Positions 9,656 through 18,827 of a stretch of DNA of 64,000 nt are shown here, one piece after another. The DNA comes from an uncultured delta proteobacterium (GTDB taxonomy: Bacteria; Myxococcota_A; Polyangia; Polyangiales; Polyangiaceae), in contig CAVQUB010000013.1 of assembly GCA_963716725.1 (NCBI GenBank), positions 160,001-224,000 of the forward strand, in the 5' to 3' direction. Made by a program: the position numbers and the translations under genes. Under the pieces are notes generated by a model. It was not told where the DNA came from. It saw only the letters and a program-made list of their open reading frames with translations, and did not search any database. Each line of letters opens with the position of its first letter. Within the stretch, counting starts at the first letter, position 1.

Positions 9656-10408
9656 ATGATCAAGGTTGGCGACCGCGCTCCGGACTTCACCCTCGCAGAC
9701 CACCTCGGCCGCAAGCTGAGCCTCGCGGATTTTCGTGGCAAGCGACACGTGATGCTCCTGTTTTACCCGCTGGACTTCACCCCTACTTGAAGCCGCGAAG
9801 TACCAGCGCTGGAAGCGCTGGCAGGCCGCTTCGCTCGAGCCAATACGCAACCGCTGGGGTTGAGCGTAGACAGCGTGCACTCGCACGCGAATTGGGCCGC
9901 CGGCTTGGGCGGCGTCTCGTTCCCGCTCCTCGCTGACTTCCATCCCAAGGGCGCCGTCGCGTCGGCGTACGGCCTGTACCTGGAGGCCTTGGGCATCACC
10001 GATCGCGCCACCGTGATCATCGACGCCGACGGCATCGTGCAGCATGCGTCCTCGGTGACGCCAGCCGGAAGCCGCGACATCGCCGAGCTCGCCGCGCTCT
10101 GCGAGGCGGTCAACGCGAAACACTCGGGACCGCTCACGCCCCCAGTCGCGCCGCCCGGCGTGGCTGGAGCGACGCTGTTCGTGAAGACCAACTGCGGATT
10201 TTCCCGGACCGCCCTCGCCGCGCGCACCAACCTGCACCTGGAGTCGGGCCTGAACGTGAAGAACGTCAGCGAAGATCCGGCAGCGCTGGCCGAGCTCGCG
10301 AAGCTCACCGGAAAAGAGCAGGTCCCCGCCCTCGTCTTGGACGGCGAAGTCACGCTCGAGACGCCGGTGATCGTAGCGAAGCTGGTGTCCCGAGCCACGA
10401 GCCTGTGA
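9656..10408 (+). CDS. Selenocysteine-containing peroxiredoxin (AhpC/TSA, AhpE-like) fused to a glutaredoxin-like domain
   Basis: ATG 9656 gives MIKVGDRAPDFTL...LLFYPLDFTPT-TGA(9788-9790)-SREVPALE..., in frame with ORF 9860..10408 (SVDSVHSH, FPLLADFHPKGAVASAYG, DRATVIID, then KTNCGFS...EQVPALVLDG). The TGA sits at the peroxidatic Cys of PxxxTxxC. Confidence 0.9.
9803..9821 (+). promoter_or_regulatory. Bacterial SECIS-like hairpin
   Basis: Perfect 8-bp stem CCAGCGCT/AGCGCTGG with a GGA loop, starting 12 nt after the in-frame TGA. Confidence 0.75.
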
Positions 10409-10459
10409 GCTCGCCGCGACGGCGGCGCGACCCCGCGCCGCGTGCTAGCCTCGGCGACC

Positions 10460-11818
10460 ATGGGAGTGAAGGGGTTGCTTGGGGTGGGAGCGGTGTGCTC
10501 CCTGAGCGTTGGGCTTCTGTTCGCGTGCGGCGGTGACGGCAACGCCGGCTTGCCCGGCAGCGGCGGCGTTGCCGGGAGCGGTGGTGTCAACAGTGGTGGC
10601 GCTGGCGGCACCAGCAGCGGCGGCACCAGCAGCGGCGGCAGTGCTGGCAGCGGCGGCAACTTCGGAGGAGCCGCGGGTGCAGGCGGCGCGAGCGGAGGGA
10701 CCGGCGCGGTGGACGGCGGCGGCGCCGGTGGCACGGGACCGACCTGCAACAGCAAGCCCACTGACGATCAGGACAAGGACGGGTTCACCGGCGCGGAAGG
10801 CGACTGCGACGACTGCGATCCGAAGGTGAACCCTGGCGCCATCGAAGCCCCGACCAAGACCGGGGCGACTCCGAAGGACGACGACTGCAACGGCAAGGTC
10901 GACGACTTGCCCGCGGCGTGCGACGACGCGGTAGCGCTGGACGAGCCCGATCCGGCCATCGCGGCGAAGAGCATCGAGCTGTGCAAGAAGCCGGCTAACG
11001 ACAAGGACTGGGGCCTGGTGAGCGCGAAGTGGACCTTGCCCGACGGCGTCGGCATTCCAACGGGGAGCGAGGCCAACTACCACCTGGGTCACGGCGCCCT
11101 CTCGGCCTTCGGGACCAACGGCAAAGTGCAAGCGGGCAAGCGGATGCTCGGGCTGTCGAGCGGGACGGCGCGGCAACCGGCCGACCCCGGCTACCAGGAC
11201 GTCAGCGGATTCGACAAGGGGTTCAAGTCGGCCAGTCCGCCCGGCTACCCGAAGGAGTCGCCCGCCTGTCCGAACGTGACGACCGGGGAGCCCCACGACG
11301 GCGTCGCGCTCGAGGTCATGGTGCGCGCGCCGACCAACGCCGTCGCGTTCTCCTTCGACTCGAATTTCTACACCTTCGAGTGGCCCTCCTACGTGTGCAG
11401 CGAATACAATGACTTTTTCCTGGCATTGATGGCTCCGACTCCGGCCGGGCTCGCCGATCCAAACGTGCTGTACGACGCGCAAGCCAACCTGATCAGCGTC
11501 AATTCGGCACTGCTCGATGTTTGCGGTTGCGCCAGTGGGCCGCCCTGTACCGCCGGCACCAAGTCCTATTCGTGCGCGCAGGGTCCGACCCTGCTCGCAG
11601 GCACGGGGTTCGGCAAAGACTCCTCTGGCGGAGTCGACCACGGCGCGACCGGTTGGCTGGTCACGACGGTGCCGGTGGAGGGCGGCAAGACCTTCAGCAT
11701 GCGATTCACGGTTCACGACTCGTCGGATGGAATTCTCGACTCGACCGCCCTGGTCGACAACTTCACCTGGCTCTTCTCGGACGCGCCCAGCAAACCCACG
11801 ACCATCGCCAAGCCCTGA
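10460..11818 (+). CDS. Lipoprotein: Gly linker, Asp-rich metal-binding motif, choice-of-anchor-L-like beta domain
   Basis: Lipobox LFAC; DQDKDGF...DCDDCDPKVNPGA...DDDCNGKVDD; LSSGTA, FSFDSNFYTFEWPSYVCSEYNDFF, DSSDGILDSTALVDNF. Confidence 0.85.
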   Translation: MGVKGLLGVGAVCSLSVGLLFACGGDGNAGLPGSGGVAGSGGVNSGGAGGTSSGGTSSGGSAGSGGNFGGAAGAGGASGGTGAVDGGGAGGTGPTCNSKPTDDQDKDGFTGAEGDCDDCDPKVNPGAIEAPTKTGATPKDDDCNGKVDDLPAACDDAVALDEPDPAIAAKSIELCKKPANDKDWGLVSAKWTLPDGVGIPTGSEANYHLGHGALSAFGTNGKVQAGKRMLGLSSGTARQPADPGYQDVSGFDKGFKSASPPGYPKESPACPNVTTGEPHDGVALEVMVRAPTNAVAFSFDSNFYTFEWPSYVCSEYNDFFLALMAPTPAGLADPNVLYDAQANLISVNSALLDVCGCASGPPCTAGTKSYSCAQGPTLLAGTGFGKDSSGGVDHGATGWLVTTVPVEGGKTFSMRFTVHDSSDGILDSTALVDNFTWLFSDAPSKPTTIAKP

Positions 11819-11821
11819 TCT

Positions 11822-13396
11822 TCACTTCACCGTGACGCTCCAGGGGAAGACCTCGACGTGCCACTCCTGGGGGTGGGCGTACTTGCCGATGGTGATCGAA
11901 AGCATGCGCTTCTGAACGCACTCTCTGGCGCCCCCGTCACCGCTCATGCCGCCGGCGGTCGAACCGTCGGGTCGGAAGCCGCAGGAGCCGGAGTAGCTTT
12001 CGCTCGCGGCGCCGACCGCCTTGAGCTTCGCGCACGCCGCGGCAGCGGTCGCGGCGACGGCATTCACCTTGTTCTGCACGGCCACCTTGTCGATGGGTTT
12101 GAGCTCGCCGCCCGCTGAGGTGGCGGTCGCCTGGGGCTGCGGGGACTCCGCGGGCCCGGCGGGTGCTGGAGTTGGCGTCGTGGGGACCGGGTCGGCGGCG
12201 GCGGCCGTGGCAGAGCGCGGACGAGTGCCCACCGCCACGGGTTCGGAGCGCGACGTCGAGCTCGGAAGCGCGGGCGACGTCGTCGGCTCCGGTGTCGCGG
12301 CGGGCGGCGGACGGCGGACGCTACCGCCGGCACATCTGCGCCGGCGCCGTAGAAGAAGATGACCCGCTCCAGCGGCAACGACCACGACAGCGCCCACGGC
12401 CACGAGCGCCACGACGCCAATTACGATGGGCAGCATCGACGAACGGCGCGGCCCCGCGCCCGTGACGACGGATTGAGTCGCGCCGACCGCCGCCGGCGGA
12501 GGTGCGCTGACGAAGGATCCGCTCGCGAGTCCGTCGAGCGCGTTGAACGCCGCGCTTGCGTCCGAGAAGCGCTGAAGCGGATCGCGGGCGACGGCACGGG
12601 CGAACCAGGCATCGAAACCGGTGGGCAACGCCTGCTGCATGCCGTACTCGCGGGCGCGATCGGAGGCGGGCGCCATGGCCTCCATCAGCGTCTCCCGAAA
12701 CAAGGCGCTCAGGTTGGCCGACGGATCGTTCGCCGTCCGCCAGTAGTGGCTGCCGGTGAGCAAGCGGAACGCCAACAGTCCCAACGCCCAGACGTCCACC
12801 GCCGGCGTGATGGCGGCCCGGGGATCACTCTGCTCCGGCGCCATCCAGAGCGGGGTTCCGACCTGGCCGGTCCCCGAGTCCTTGGCCTCGGCCGCCAGCT
12901 TCGCGATGCCGAAGTCGAGCACCTTGACCTGACGGCTCGCGGTGGCGCTGTGCACCTCCGCGAGGAAGACGTTCTCCGGCTTGATGTCCCGGTGCACGAT
13001 GCCCACCGAGTGCGCCGCACCGAGCGCGTGACAGAGCTGCCGAAACACAGACAGGAGCTCGCTGAAGGGCATGGGGCCGCAGCGCTGCGCGAGTGCGCCG
13101 AGATCTTCTCCCTGCAAGAGCTCCATGGCCAGCCAAGGGATCCCCATCCGAGGGTCGACGCCCGCGGCGATCACCTCGACGACGTGCTCGCTCGGCACTT
13201 GACCACCGATGCGCGCTTCTTGCTCGAAGCGCTCACGCATGCGCGGCTCTGCGACCAGAGTCGGGTGCATGACCTTGAGCGCGCGTCTCTGGCCAGTGCT
13301 GATCTGTTCGACCACCCAGACGCCGCCCATGCCGCCCCGCGCGAGCTCTCGCTCGACCCGAAAGTCACCCCCGACGATGGCGCCCGCGACCAGCAT
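11822..13396 (-). CDS. Membrane Ser/Thr protein kinase
   Basis: RGGMGGVW, ALK, HRDIKPEN, DFGIAK, GTPLWMAPEQ, DVWALG; TM segment; Pro-rich linker; small Cys-containing C-terminal domain. Apparent compensating indels at ~12310-12366. Confidence 0.92.
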   Translation of the reverse strand: MLVAGAIVGGDFRVERELARGGMGGVWVVEQISTGQRRALKVMHPTLVAEPRMRERFEQEARIGGQVPSEHVVEVIAAGVDPRMGIPWLAMELLQGEDLGALAQRCGPMPFSELLSVFRQLCHALGAAHSVGIVHRDIKPENVFLAEVHSATASRQVKVLDFGIAKLAAEAKDSGTGQVGTPLWMAPEQSDPRAAITPAVDVWALGLLAFRLLTGSHYWRTANDPSANLSALFRETLMEAMAPASDRAREYGMQQALPTGFDAWFARAVARDPLQRFSDASAAFNALDGLASGSFVSAPPPAAVGATQSVVTGAGPRRSSMLPIVIGVVALVAVGAVVVVAAGAGHLLLRRRRRCAGGSVRRPPPAATPEPTTSPALPSSTSRSEPVAVGTRPRSATAAAADPVPTTPTPAPAGPAESPQPQATATSAGGELKPIDKVAVQNKVNAVAATAAAACAKLKAVGAASESYSGSCGFRPDGSTAGGMSGDGGARECVQKRMLSITIGKYAHPQEWHVEVFPWSVTVK

Positions 13397-13594
13397 CGCT
13401 TCGGGTTATGGCACGACTGGAGTTGGATGCGCAGCGGACTCGGCCTTCGCCTACCCGCAACGCTGGAGCAGGCTCGTGCCTCCTAGGCCGATGCGCGGCC
13501 GTTTCTGCCCTGAGGGGCGAAAGACGCGAAGTGCGGGCGCCGGTGCGGCTTTGTCCGCGGTGACTCGCCCTGCAAACCGCGCTAGTCAGCGGGC

Positions 13595-14869
13595 ATGACC
13601 GGACCGCGTTCGACCGAGCTCCTGACACGCGCCGAGCGACTTCTGCCGGGCGGGGTCAACAGCCCCGTGAGGGCGTATCGCGCGGTCGGTGGCAACCCGC
13701 CCTTCATCGCCAGCGCCAGCGGCGCTCGACTCACCGACGCCGACGGTCGACAGTACGTCGACTACGTGGGCTCTTGGGGTCCCGCCATCTTGGGGCACGC
13801 GCACGCCAAGGTCGTTCTCGCGGTAAAGGAGAGCGCGGAGCGTGGGCTATCGTTCGGCGCACCGACGGAGCTCGAGGTGCGCTTCGCCGAGGCGGTCGTC
13901 GAGCGTTACCCCAGCATCGAGATGCTGCGCTGCGTGTCGAGCGGCACCGAGGCGACGATGAGCGCGCTCAGAGTGGCTCGCGGTTTCACCGGCCGTGACG
14001 TGATCGTGAAGTTCGACGGCTGCTATCACGGCCACTCGGACGCCCTCTTGGTCAAGGCGGGCAGCGGCGCGGCGACCTTCGGAAACCCGGACAGCGGCGG
14101 CGTGCCCGCGAGCGTGGTCGAGAACACGGCGACCTTGTCGTTCAACGACGAGCCCGCGCTCCGGGCCCTGTTCCGCGAGAGCGGCGCTCGCATCGCTGCC
14201 GTGATCGTCGAGCCGGTGGTCGGCAACATGGGCTGCGTGCCCCCGGACCCCGGATTTTTGCAGACCCTGCGTGCGCTCACGACCGAGGCCGGTGCGCTGT
14301 TGATCTTCGACGAGGTCATGACGGGCTGTCGGCTGGCGCGCGGCGGTGCGCAGGAGCGCTTTGGCATCGTCCCGGATCTGACCTGCCTCGGCAAAGTGAT
14401 CGGCGGCGGCCTGCCGCTGGCCGCGTACGGCGGGCGCCGGGACGTGATGCAGAAGATCGCGCCGCTGGGTCCAGTGTATCAAGCCGGGACCCTGAGCGGG
14501 AATCCGGTGGCAGTGAGCGCCGGCCTCGCCACGCTGGCCGAGCTCGGTCCGGAGGTCTACGCAAGGCTCGAGGCCCTGGGCGCGCGACTCGAGGCGGGGC
14601 TCGCCGAAGCCGTGAAGAAGTCGGGCACCGTGGCCTGCGTCCAACGGGTGGGCTCGATGCTCACCTTGTTCTTTCACCCGGGACCGGTCCGATCCTGGAC
14701 CGATGCCGATCGCTGTGATCGCGAGCGCTTCGGTCTTTGGCACCGCGGGCTGCTCGAGCGCGGTGTGTACTGGCCAGCGTCGCAGTTCGAGGCTGCATTC
14801 ATCAGCGCGGCGCACACGGAAGCGGACATCGACGCGACGGTGAAGGCCGCTGGCGAAGCGCTGGGCTGA
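13595..14869 (+). CDS. hemL: Glutamate-1-semialdehyde 2,1-aminomutase
   Basis: PGGVNSPVRA, SSGTEATMSA, GCYHGHSDALLVKAGSG, FDEVMTG, LGKVIGGGLP, YQAGTLSGNP, SQFEA. Confidence 0.97.
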   Translation: MTGPRSTELLTRAERLLPGGVNSPVRAYRAVGGNPPFIASASGARLTDADGRQYVDYVGSWGPAILGHAHAKVVLAVKESAERGLSFGAPTELEVRFAEAVVERYPSIEMLRCVSSGTEATMSALRVARGFTGRDVIVKFDGCYHGHSDALLVKAGSGAATFGNPDSGGVPASVVENTATLSFNDEPALRALFRESGARIAAVIVEPVVGNMGCVPPDPGFLQTLRALTTEAGALLIFDEVMTGCRLARGGAQERFGIVPDLTCLGKVIGGGLPLAAYGGRRDVMQKIAPLGPVYQAGTLSGNPVAVSAGLATLAELGPEVYARLEALGARLEAGLAEAVKKSGTVACVQRVGSMLTLFFHPGPVRSWTDADRCDRERFGLWHRGLLERGVYWPASQFEAAFISAAHTEADIDATVKAAGEALG

Positions 14870-14873
14870 AACC

Positions 14874-15632
14874 TCAGCCCGTGAGCATGCACCCGGGGTT
14901 CATGACCTTGAAGGTCCGCTTCACGCTGCCGGCGCCCTGAACGTCGATCTCGACTTCGAAATCGACGAGCTGGTTTTCTGGGAGATCGCAGACCGATTCC
15001 AGGGGAAAGATCCCGTAGACGCCCAGCGACTCGCCGCCGCAGTGGAGCGTGATGGCCGCCGGCGTGGACGCGCTGGGTTTGCCCGCCGCCGAGAGCGTCG
15101 TGTCCGCGCGAACGCAGCTCGCGTCGACGCCGCTCACCCGCACTCGATAGCCCACCATGGGGCTACCCTGCCCTCCCCAGATGAGCGAGAGCTCGGAACC
15201 CTCTGGGAGCGGCTCGAAGGGCTTGGCTGGATCGGCGGCGCCGATCTCGACGACCGCGCCAGCTGCTTGACCCGCGAAGGGCTTGTTGCAGGTCTCGCTG
15301 AGGGGCGGCACGGGACAGCCGCCCCCGATAGCGCCTTCGCAGGTGGCATCGCCAGCCCAGCGACCTTGGCCACAGGTAAACGTCCAGGTGTTCATCCCGT
15401 CGCCCACCGGGTACTGACAGGTGTCGGCGAGCTCGCAGCGCGCCCCCGGGAACGGCACCTTCGCCGGGCACACGACATCCGGCAGCGCGCAAGCGCCTCC
15501 ACCGCCGCCGACCCCCGCACCTCCGCCCGATCCTCCACTGGCGGAGCTCTCTTGCACGCTGCCAGAGCACGCGAAGGACGAGACACCCACGGCGAAGAGA
15601 AACCAGAGAGCGGTGAGGTGCGAGCGAAGCAT
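14874..15632 (-). CDS. Cys-containing lipoprotein (hypothetical)
   Basis: MLRSHLTALWFLFAVGVSSFAC lipobox; Gly linker; small Cys domain; C-terminal beta domain with WGGQGSPM. Confidence 0.8.
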   Translation of the reverse strand: MLRSHLTALWFLFAVGVSSFACSGSVQESSASGGSGGGAGVGGGGGACALPDVVCPAKVPFPGARCELADTCQYPVGDGMNTWTFTCGQGRWAGDATCEGAIGGGCPVPPLSETCNKPFAGQAAGAVVEIGAADPAKPFEPLPEGSELSLIWGGQGSPMVGYRVRVSGVDASCVRADTTLSAAGKPSASTPAAITLHCGGESLGVYGIFPLESVCDLPENQLVDFEVEIDVQGAGSVKRTFKVMNPGCMLTG

Positions 15633-15644
15633 GCGGCGCGCTTG

Positions 15645-15660
15645 TGCAACCCGTGTGCCG
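15645..15660 (-). promoter_or_regulatory. Sigma54-type (-24/-12) promoter
   Basis: Minus strand reads CGGCAC-ACGGG-TTGCA, matching (T)GGCAC-N5-TTGCW with exact GG-N10-GC spacing. Predicted TSS is ~15634, next to the ATG at 15632. Confidence 0.65.
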
Positions 15661-15736
15661 ACGGGCACCGCTACGAATGGCCGGGGCTTCGGCCTCGACC
15701 GCTGACTAGGCCCTGGCACACAGTGGCACTAGCGCG

Positions 15737-16036
15737 TCACCACGACCCGTGGCTGCCGTGCGATCCGTGGCTGCCGTGCGATCCGTGGCTGCCGTGCGAT
15801 CCGTGGCTGCCGTGCGATCCGTGGCTGCCGTGCGATCCGTGGCTGCCGTGCGATCCGTGGCTGCCGTGCGAACAGTGCTGGGCGGGAAAGACTCCGTCCG
15901 GTCCCCCGATCTCGGGAGCCTCCGCGCAGTTGTCCTTCGCCTTCTCGATCACGGCGTCCTCGGCCTTGCTGAGCATGCCGCGAGCGCTCCGAGCGAATGT
16001 CGGCAGCGCCCCGGAGCCGTCGTTCTTGGGAGCCAC
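15737..16036 (-). CDS. His-Xaa-Ser repeat peptide (HxsA-like), leader + HCS(HGS)14W
   Basis: 99-aa ORF in its own intergenic space, same strand as its neighbours; TAGGCT element 6 nt upstream of GTG; ends PAQ-HCS-(HGS)14-W*. Confidence 0.8.
   Translation of the reverse strand: MAPKNDGSGALPTFARSARGMLSKAEDAVIEKAKDNCAEAPEIGGPDGVFPAQHCSHGSHGSHGSHGSHGSHGSHGSHGSHGSHGSHGSHGSHGSHGSW
15743..15877. repeat. 18-bp tandem repeat x7 (ccgtggctgccgtgcgat) encoding HGSHGS
   Basis: Directly visible, with alternating synonymous codons within the unit. Confidence 0.95.
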
Positions 16037-16082
16037 GAACCCAGCCTAGCCCATCGAGCCGATGGGGACTAGGCCGCCGCCC

Positions 16083-18827
16083 TCAGACCGTGCGGCCCTG
16101 CTCGCCCTTGACGCGCTTTCGCAAGGTGGCCTGCGCAGCGGCCAAGCGCGCGATGGGCACGCGGAAGGGCGAGCACGAGACGTAGGCCAACCCCACGTCG
16201 TCGAAGAAGAAGATGCTCTCCGGATCTCCGCCGTGCTCCCCGCAGATCCCGAGGGAGATGTCGGCGCGGGTCTGCTTGCCTCGGTCGACCGCCATCTGGA
16301 CGAGCTGACCGACGCCCTCGGCGTCGAGCGAGACGAAGGGCTCGTGGGGCAGGATGCCGCGATCAACGTACTCGGGTAGGAAGCGCCCCGCGTCGTCGCG
16401 CGACAAGCCCAGGGTGGTCTGGGTCAGGTCGTTGGTGCCGAAGGAGAAGAACTCGGCCACCTCGGCCAGCTGGTGGGCGAGCAGCGCCGCTCGCGGCAGC
16501 TCGATCATCGTGCCGTACTTGTACTTGACCTCGACGCCTTGCTCCTTGAAGACCTGCGCGGCGACCTCGGTGACCACGGTCTTCATCAGCTCGAGTTCCT
16601 TCTTGCTGAGCGAGAGCGGAATCATGATCTCGGGCAGCACCTTCACGCCCTCCTTGTGGACCCTGCAGGCCGCGGTCAGGACGGCGCGGGTCTGCATGGC
16701 GCAGATCTCCGGGTAAGTGACGGCGAGGCGCACGCCGCGGTGACCGAGCATCGGGTTGAACTCGTGCAGCTCGTCGACCTTGCGACCGAGATCCGAAGCC
16801 GCAACGCCCAGGGTCTTGGCCAGCTCCTCGATCTGCGCCGTCTGCTGCGGCAAGAACTCGTGCAGGGGTGGATCCAAGAAGCGGATGGTCACCGGCAAGT
16901 CGTGCATCTCCCGGAAGATGCCGACGAAGTCCTCGATCTGGAAGGGCAGCAGCTTCGCCAAGGCCTTCTCACGTGCCGCCACGTTGCCAGCGAGGATCAT
17001 CTCGCGCACGGCTGCGATCCGGGCCTCTTCGAAGAACATGTGCTCGGTGCGGCACAATCCGATGCCCTCCGCGCCGAGCTCCCGGGCCTTCTTCGCCTGC
17101 TCGGGGGTGTCGGCGTTGGTGCGAACCCGCATGCGCCGAGCCGCGTCGGCCCAGTCCATGAGCTCGCCCACTTCGCCGGTGAGCTTGGGCTCGACCTTGG
17201 GGACCTCGCCCAGATAGACCAAGCCTGACGAGCCATCGATGGTGATCACATCGGCGAGCCGCACGACGGCGATATCGCCGCGCTCGGGTCGCACCGTCAT
17301 GATCTGGTTTTCGTAGTCGATGCTGACGCCGTGGCAACCGACGACGCAGCTCCGTCCCATGCCGCGGGCGACCACCGCCGCGTGGCTCGTGGCGCCGCCG
17401 CGTGCGGTCAGAATGCCCTTGGCCGCCTTCATGCCGTGCAGATCCTCGGGGGAGGTCTCGACGCGCACGAGGATGACCGCTTCGCCCTTCTCCGCACGCT
17501 TCTCGGCCTCGTCAGCGCTGAACACCACGCGACCGGTCACGGCCCCCGGGGAAGCCGGAAGCCCGTGGGCAACCGCCGGCACCGAATACTTGGGATCAAT
17601 CGAGGGGAACATCAGCTGCTCGAGTCGGTTCGCTTCGACGCGCAGGACCGCCTCGTCCTGGCTGATCAAGCCCTCCTTGGCCATGTCCACCGCAATCTTC
17701 ACCTCGGCCCGGGCCGCACGCTTGCCGTTGCGCGTCTGCAGCATGTACAGGCGGCCGTCCTCGATGGTGAACTCGAGGTCCTGCATGTCGCGGAAGTGAC
17801 CCTCGAGCCGCGCCTGAATTTCGTGGAGCTGCTTGTAGCTCTCGGGCAGCGCCTCCTCGAGGGAGAGTCCGGCCGTGGAGGGCCCCTTCGAGATGGGTCG
17901 CGGCGTCCGAATGCCAGCCACGACGTCCTCGCCCTGGGCGTTCGGCAACCACTCGCCGAAGAACTGCTTCTCGCCGGTGCTCGGATCGCGCGTGAAGGCG
18001 ACTCCGGTCGCGCTGCTCTCGCCGAGGTTCCCGAACACCATGCTCTGCACGTTGACCGCGGTGCCCCACTCCCCGGGGATGCCATGCATCTTCCGGTACA
18101 AGATCGCCCGGTCGTTATTCCAACTGGTGAACACGGCGCTGATGGCGCCCATCAGCTGGTCCACGGGTTTCTCGGGGAAGCCCTGGCCCGTCGCCTTGGT
18201 GATGATCTGCTTGAAGCTCTCGACGACCTGTTGCAGGTGGGCCGCGTCGAACTGGCTGTCCGGCACCGCGCGCACGAGTGCCTCGATGTCATCGGGCACG
18301 GCAACGCCCAAGGTCTTTGCCATCCGAGCGCGGACTTCGTTCAGCGCCTGATGGAAGGCGTGAGCCTTCACGTTCAGCACCACGCTGCCGTACATGCTCA
18401 AGAAGCGCCGATAGGCATCGTAGACGAAGCGAGGGTTCTTGGTGCGTTCGGCCATGCTCTTGGCCGTCGTATCGTTCAGACCCAAGTTCAAGATGGTGTC
18501 CATCATGCCGGGCATGCTGGCCCGCGCGCCGCTGCGCACGCTGACCAGAAGGGGGTTCTCGGGGTCGCCGAACTTCTTGCCGAGTTCCTTCTCGAGCCAG
18601 GCCATGTTTTCCGCCACGGCGTCCTTCAGCCCCGCCGGCATCTGCTTGCCGCCCTCGTAGTACGCGGTGCAGACCTCCGTGGTGATGGTGAAGCCCGGAG
18701 GCACCGGGATGCCCAGGTTCGCCATTTCTGCGAGCCCCGCTCCTTTGCCGCCGAGGAGCGCCTTCATGTCGCCCCGGCCGTCTGCCTTGCCCGCCCCGAA
18801 CCGAAAGATGATCTTCTTGGTGCTCAT
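16083..18827 (-). CDS. ppdK: Pyruvate, phosphate dikinase
   Basis: LLGGKGAGLAEM, LLVSVRSGARASMPGMMDTILNLG, GGATSHAAVVAR (phospho-His), GIGLCRTEHMF, FSFGTNDLTQ, GICGEHGG. Confidence 0.98.
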   Translation of the reverse strand: MSTKKIIFRFGAGKADGRGDMKALLGGKGAGLAEMANLGIPVPPGFTITTEVCTAYYEGGKQMPAGLKDAVAENMAWLEKELGKKFGDPENPLLVSVRSGARASMPGMMDTILNLGLNDTTAKSMAERTKNPRFVYDAYRRFLSMYGSVVLNVKAHAFHQALNEVRARMAKTLGVAVPDDIEALVRAVPDSQFDAAHLQQVVESFKQIITKATGQGFPEKPVDQLMGAISAVFTSWNNDRAILYRKMHGIPGEWGTAVNVQSMVFGNLGESSATGVAFTRDPSTGEKQFFGEWLPNAQGEDVVAGIRTPRPISKGPSTAGLSLEEALPESYKQLHEIQARLEGHFRDMQDLEFTIEDGRLYMLQTRNGKRAARAEVKIAVDMAKEGLISQDEAVLRVEANRLEQLMFPSIDPKYSVPAVAHGLPASPGAVTGRVVFSADEAEKRAEKGEAVILVRVETSPEDLHGMKAAKGILTARGGATSHAAVVARGMGRSCVVGCHGVSIDYENQIMTVRPERGDIAVVRLADVITIDGSSGLVYLGEVPKVEPKLTGEVGELMDWADAARRMRVRTNADTPEQAKKARELGAEGIGLCRTEHMFFEEARIAAVREMILAGNVAAREKALAKLLPFQIEDFVGIFREMHDLPVTIRFLDPPLHEFLPQQTAQIEELAKTLGVAASDLGRKVDELHEFNPMLGHRGVRLAVTYPEICAMQTRAVLTAACRVHKEGVKVLPEIMIPLSLSKKELELMKTVVTEVAAQVFKEQGVEVKYKYGTMIELPRAALLAHQLAEVAEFFSFGTNDLTQTTLGLSRDDAGRFLPEYVDRGILPHEPFVSLDAEGVGQLVQMAVDRGKQTRADISLGICGEHGGDPESIFFFDDVGLAYVSCSPFRVPIARLAAAQATLRKRVKGEQGRTV

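Noticed and set aside
15714..15730. Plus-strand TGGCAC as a sigma54 promoter
   Set aside because: GG-to-GC spacing is 9 nt rather than 10, and there is no credible plus-strand gene downstream.
15743..15877. Plus-strand (DPWLPC)n or (AAVRSV)n readings, or a CRISPR array
   Set aside because: No spacers. The long plus-strand ORF overlaps a real lipoprotein gene antisense, while the minus-strand HGS frame has a leader, a promoter-like box, a clean stop and a known motif type.
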